From: Methanobacteriota archaeon
GTDB lineage: Archaea; Thermoplasmatota; E2; DHVEG-1
Direction: 5' to 3'
Assembly (NCBI GenBank): GCA_963769885.1
Contig: CAVYNH010000007.1
Location: 500,163-564,162, forward strand
DNA length: 64,000 nucleotides
In this document: positions 60,796-64,000 of the stretch, in pieces
Layout: each line of letters starts with the position of its first letter
Position numbering within the stretch: the first letter of the stretch is position 1
Program-made: the position numbers and the translations under genes
Notes under the pieces: generated by a model
Database searches by the model: none
Told to the model about the DNA's origin: nothing
Seen by the model: only the letters and a program-made list of their open reading frames with translations

Positions 60796-61227
60796 ATGAC
60801 GGAAATCAAGAAGGGCAACAAAATCAAAATCGAATACATCGGGACGCTGGACGACGGATCCGTGTTCGACAGCACAGCCATCCACGGCAGCCCCCTCGAG
60901 TTCACCGTCGGCGACGGGGTCCTGCTCACCGGCGTCGAAACCGCGGTGCTGGGCATGAAGCTCGGCGAAGAAAAAGACATCGTCCTCGCCCCTACCGAAA
61001 GCTACGGGGAGTACCACCCGGACCTAGTCAAGGAACTGCCACGGGCCTGCTTCCCCTCCGACCGAAATCTGGAGGAAGGCTCGATCTACAAGATGACGCT
61101 GCAAAACGGCCACCAGTACACCGTGCGCGTCACCAAGATCCTCAACGACATGGTCACCATCGACCTCAACCCCCCGCTCGCCGGTAAAACCCTGCATTTT
61201 AAAATCAAAATCGTCAAGATCTCCTAA
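60796..61227 (+). CDS. FKBP-type peptidyl-prolyl isomerase (SlyD-like)
   Basis: Y.GTLDDGSVFDS, PLEF.VG, YG, D.N.PLAGK.L.F. Confidence 0.92.
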   Translation: MTEIKKGNKIKIEYIGTLDDGSVFDSTAIHGSPLEFTVGDGVLLTGVETAVLGMKLGEEKDIVLAPTESYGEYHPDLVKELPRACFPSDRNLEEGSIYKMTLQNGHQYTVRVTKILNDMVTIDLNPPLAGKTLHFKIKIVKIS

Positions 61228-61240
61228 CACCATTTTAGGT

Positions 61241-61699
61241 ATGGAAGAATCCCTCGTGGCGCCGTGCGGCATGAACTGCGCCGTCTGCTCCGCCTACCTC
61301 GCGAAGACCCACAACGTGAAGGACGCCGGGATCCGGTACCCCTATTGTCCAGGATGCCGACCGCGACACAAGACCTGCGCGTTCCTCAAGAAACGCTGCA
61401 CACGGCTCCTCAACGGCAAGGTCCGGTTCTGTTTTGAATGCCCCGACTTCCCCTGCGAGAACCTCCTAAAGCTTGACCGGCGGTACCGCAACCGGTACCA
61501 CATGAGCATGGTCGACAACCTCACGGCAATCAAGCAAAAGGGAATCACACGCTTCCTAGCCCAAGAAGAGGAGAAATGGCGCTGCCCCCGATGCGGAGAC
61601 ACCATCTGCTGCCACAACGGCCTCTGTTTCTCCTGTCAGCAGCCTCAACTGAAAAAACAAACGTTCAGATATCGATGGAACCTGGACGAAAAAAAATAA
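61241..61699 (+). CDS. DUF3795-like Cys-rich protein
   Basis: APCGMNCAVC, CPGCR, C.EC.DFPC, CPRCG. Confidence 0.85.
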   Translation: MEESLVAPCGMNCAVCSAYLAKTHNVKDAGIRYPYCPGCRPRHKTCAFLKKRCTRLLNGKVRFCFECPDFPCENLLKLDRRYRNRYHMSMVDNLTAIKQKGITRFLAQEEEKWRCPRCGDTICCHNGLCFSCQQPQLKKQTFRYRWNLDEKK

Positions 61700-61729
61700 A
61701 GAAAAGGAGGAGGAGGTGGTGACCCAGGT

Positions 61730-62161
61730 TTACTGGACCACCACTTGGATGTGGAAGGAAGTACAAACGTCGCTTGGGGCCCAGGGCCGCGCGCAGATCA
61801 GATCTAAAGAGGAGGTCCCCGGCTGTAATGCGGTGAAGTCCCAGATGTTGTCGCCGAAGTCACCAAGAGCTCCTGATGGGTCGCAATGAGATGTCTTGCT
61901 CAAGGCGAGCTTTTGGGTGTCCCGCGCGGTGATGTTCCAGGAGTAGCCGCCGTCGCCGAAATCCTTGAGGGTGAGGCGCAGCAGGTCGCCTTTCTTGAGG
62001 GTGACGGTCGTTCCGTTATCCGCGGCGGAGATGAACTTGGTTGTGTTGATTGGGGTCGGCAGCCGCGGTGATGCCATCATGCTGACACCGACAACGGTGG
62101 TGGCGCTGATCGCGGCGATGAGCACTAGCCCGATGAGGGAGAGTCGTGCGTTCTTGGTCAT
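61730..62161 (-). CDS. Secreted chagasin-like (I42) cysteine-protease inhibitor
   Basis: DNG..V.L..G....L.L, GYSW, G..G, F.A..PG, RPW. Confidence 0.8.
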   Translation of the reverse strand: MTKNARLSLIGLVLIAAISATTVVGVSMMASPRLPTPINTTKFISAADNGTTVTLKKGDLLRLTLKDFGDGGYSWNITARDTQKLALSKTSHCDPSGALGDFGDNIWDFTALQPGTSSLDLICARPWAPSDVCTSFHIQVVVQ

Positions 62162-62352
62162 TGGAACCACAAACGAGTTATGGTCGCCGACAGTATTTAT
62201 ACCGTGAGAAATTGTTCGGCTGTCGCCGAACTCTTCGAGGAATTTTCTCCTGGAATCCTTTTCAGGGTGAGGCCGATTTGCGGTCTGAGGCCCTTATCAT
62301 ACGGGAGGCTGGTGAGAAGGATGCCCAGCGGCTCCAGAGAGCGGGCGGCGGT

Positions 62353-63612
62353 CTAGGAGTGGCTGGATTCGGCTCTCTTCACTGGAGGCGTATAGCCTTT
62401 CAAGGCTAAGGACAACGAGACGACGGAGACTGAGCTGAAGGCCATGGCGAGCGCCGCGTATTCCGGGCGGAACACGACATGGAAGAACGGATAGAGCAGT
62501 CCTGCGGCGACCGGGATTAACGCGGCGTTGTAGGCGAATGCCCAGAACAGGTTTTGTTTGATCCGCCCCAACACCTTTTTTCCAAGTTGGATGGAGGCGA
62601 CGCAGTCCATGAGGTCGCTGCGGACGAGGATGATTTCCCCGCTTTCGATGGCGACGTCGGTGCCGCTGCCGATGGCGATGCCGACGTCCGCCTGGGCGAG
62701 GGCTGGCGCGTCGTTTATCCCGTCGCCGACGAAGCCGACGATCTCACCGTGGTCCTGAAGTTCCTTGATCTTCTCCGTTTTCTGCTGAGGAAGGATGTTG
62801 GCATAAACCGCGTCCGCGCCGACGTCTCCGCCGACGGCCTGGGCGGTACGCTCATTGTCCCCAGTGATGATGATGACCTTGATTCCCATCTGATGTAGGG
62901 AGTTGATGGCTTGCTTTGAGGTCGCCTTAAGGACGTCTGCAGCGGCGAGGATGCCGACGAGCCTTCCGGCTTGTGCGACGAGGAGCAGGGTCTTGCCCTG
63001 GGCCTCATACTGGGAAACAAGGCGTGAGCTTGAGTCTGGGATGGTGATCTTTCGCTCCTGGATGAAGGCGAGGTTGCCGACAAGGACTTCTTTGCCGTCA
63101 ATGGCGGCTTGTACGCCCCTACCGCCGAAGGTTGTGAACCCGCTGACTGGAAGGAGTGGAAGCTTGCGGTCTTTGGCGGCGGCGAGGACGGCGGCGGCGA
63201 GGGGATGCGAGGAGTTTTTCTCGACGCTGGCGGCGAGGCTGAGGACCTCGTTTTCGCCCACCTCAATGCCCATGACGTCGGTGACGGCGGGTTTGCCCGT
63301 GGTCAGCGTCCCAGTCTTGTCCATGGCCATGGTGGTGATCTTGTTGACGGTTTCAAGGGCTTCCCCGTTCTTGATGAGGATGCCGAACTCGGCGCCGCGT
63401 CCGATGCCGACAGTCACCGCGGTCGGGGTCGCCAACCCCAGGGCACAGGGGCAGGCGATGACGATGACGGAGATAAAGGCGGCCAGGCTGAACTGCAGGA
63501 CACTTCCCTCGATGATGGGGCGGCCAAAAATGAACCAAAGGAAGAAGGTGATGAGGGCGATGGCCAGGATGCTGGGGATGAAGTAGGTGACGGCGGTGTC
63601 GGCAATGCGCTG
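62353..63612 (-). CDS. copA: Cu-type P1B ATPase, C-terminal part only (cut at a junction near 63620)
   Basis: QRIAD, IACPCALGLATP, DKTGT, SSHP, TGDN, GDGINDAP, YN, MAFSS. Confidence 0.9.
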   Translation of the reverse strand, partial: QRIADTAVTYFIPSILAIALITFFLWFIFGRPIIEGSVLQFSLAAFISVIVIACPCALGLATPTAVTVGIGRGAEFGILIKNGEALETVNKITTMAMDKTGTLTTGKPAVTDVMGIEVGENEVLSLAASVEKNSSHPLAAAVLAAAKDRKLPLLPVSGFTTFGGRGVQAAIDGKEVLVGNLAFIQERKITIPDSSSRLVSQYEAQGKTLLLVAQAGRLVGILAAADVLKATSKQAINSLHQMGIKVIIITGDNERTAQAVGGDVGADAVYANILPQQKTEKIKELQDHGEIVGFVGDGINDAPALAQADVGIAIGSGTDVAIESGEIILVRSDLMDCVASIQLGKKVLGRIKQNLFWAFAYNAALIPVAAGLLYPFFHVVFRPEYAALAMAFSSVSVVSLSLALKGYTPPVKRAESSHS

Positions 63613-63623
63613 GGCACTGCGTA

Positions 63624-64000
63624 GGCCAGGGTGAGCAGGGTCTTGCCGGTGCCGGCCTGGCCGAGCAGGGTGATGAAATCCACTTCCGGGTTCATCAGCA
63701 GGTTCAGAGCGAAATTCTGTTCGCGGTTGCGCGCGGCGATGCCCCAGACGCTGTGTTTGAGATGAGTAAAATCCTTGATCGTTTCCAGTACGGCAGTGTT
63801 GCCGTTTAATTCCCTGACGATGGCATGGAACGGGTTGTCATATTCGAAATAGACGAATTCGTTGATCAGCAGGCTAGCGCAAAGCGGCCCCTTGATGCGG
63901 TAAAAGGTATGGCCGCCTTCCTGCCAGGATTCCATGCCCTTGCCGTGGTGTTCCCAGAAATCCTGCGGCAGTGCCTTGAGCCCGGTATAGAGCAGATCGG
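63624..64000 (-). CDS. phoH: Internal fragment of a bacterial-type PhoH family (PIN-PhoH) ATPase
   Basis: WGI.ARNREQNFALNLLM, GQAGTGKTLL; breaks right after Walker A. Confidence 0.85.

Noticed and set aside
63414-63935. PhoH ORF with a Ser/Pro-rich tail, or a PhoH-CopA fusion
   Set aside because: The tail is copA read out of frame across a probable chimeric junction.

Overview
Archaeal chromosomal DNA. Evidence: an archaeal-type RNase P RNA, a tRNA-Leu with a bulge-helix-bulge intron, an alpha2-type tRNA splicing endonuclease and TATA promoters. The gingipain-like C25 protease and the many secreted PKD, PQQ-propeller and NosD proteins suggest Thermoplasmatota of the MBG-D/Thermoprofundales (DHVEG-1) type; this is inference. 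Core genes include uvrA-uvrC-uvrB, pycB-pycA-birA, surE/THUMP/panE, endA, an S16 protease and transporters. Main observations: (1) Downstream of tRNA-Leu(TAA) lies an integrase-free array of about 0.8-1.3 kb, 1-2 gene cassettes. Each ends in a conserved 27-bp arm plus a copy of the tRNA 3' end, and the copies decay with distance from the tRNA. (2) A similar single-gene cassette sits at the 3' end of the RNase P RNA gene, bounded by a 25-bp perfect direct repeat. (3) Two tandem CxxC secreted paralogues are circular permutations of each other. (4) Secreted proteins share interchangeable C-terminal modules, including a candidate sorting signal. (5) C/A versus G/T strand skew is extreme and flips every few kb regardless of gene direction. 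Several single-base frameshifts and a copA/bacterial phoH junction near 63.62 kb suggest uncorrected long-read errors and a chimeric end. All calls are by eye; no database searches were run.
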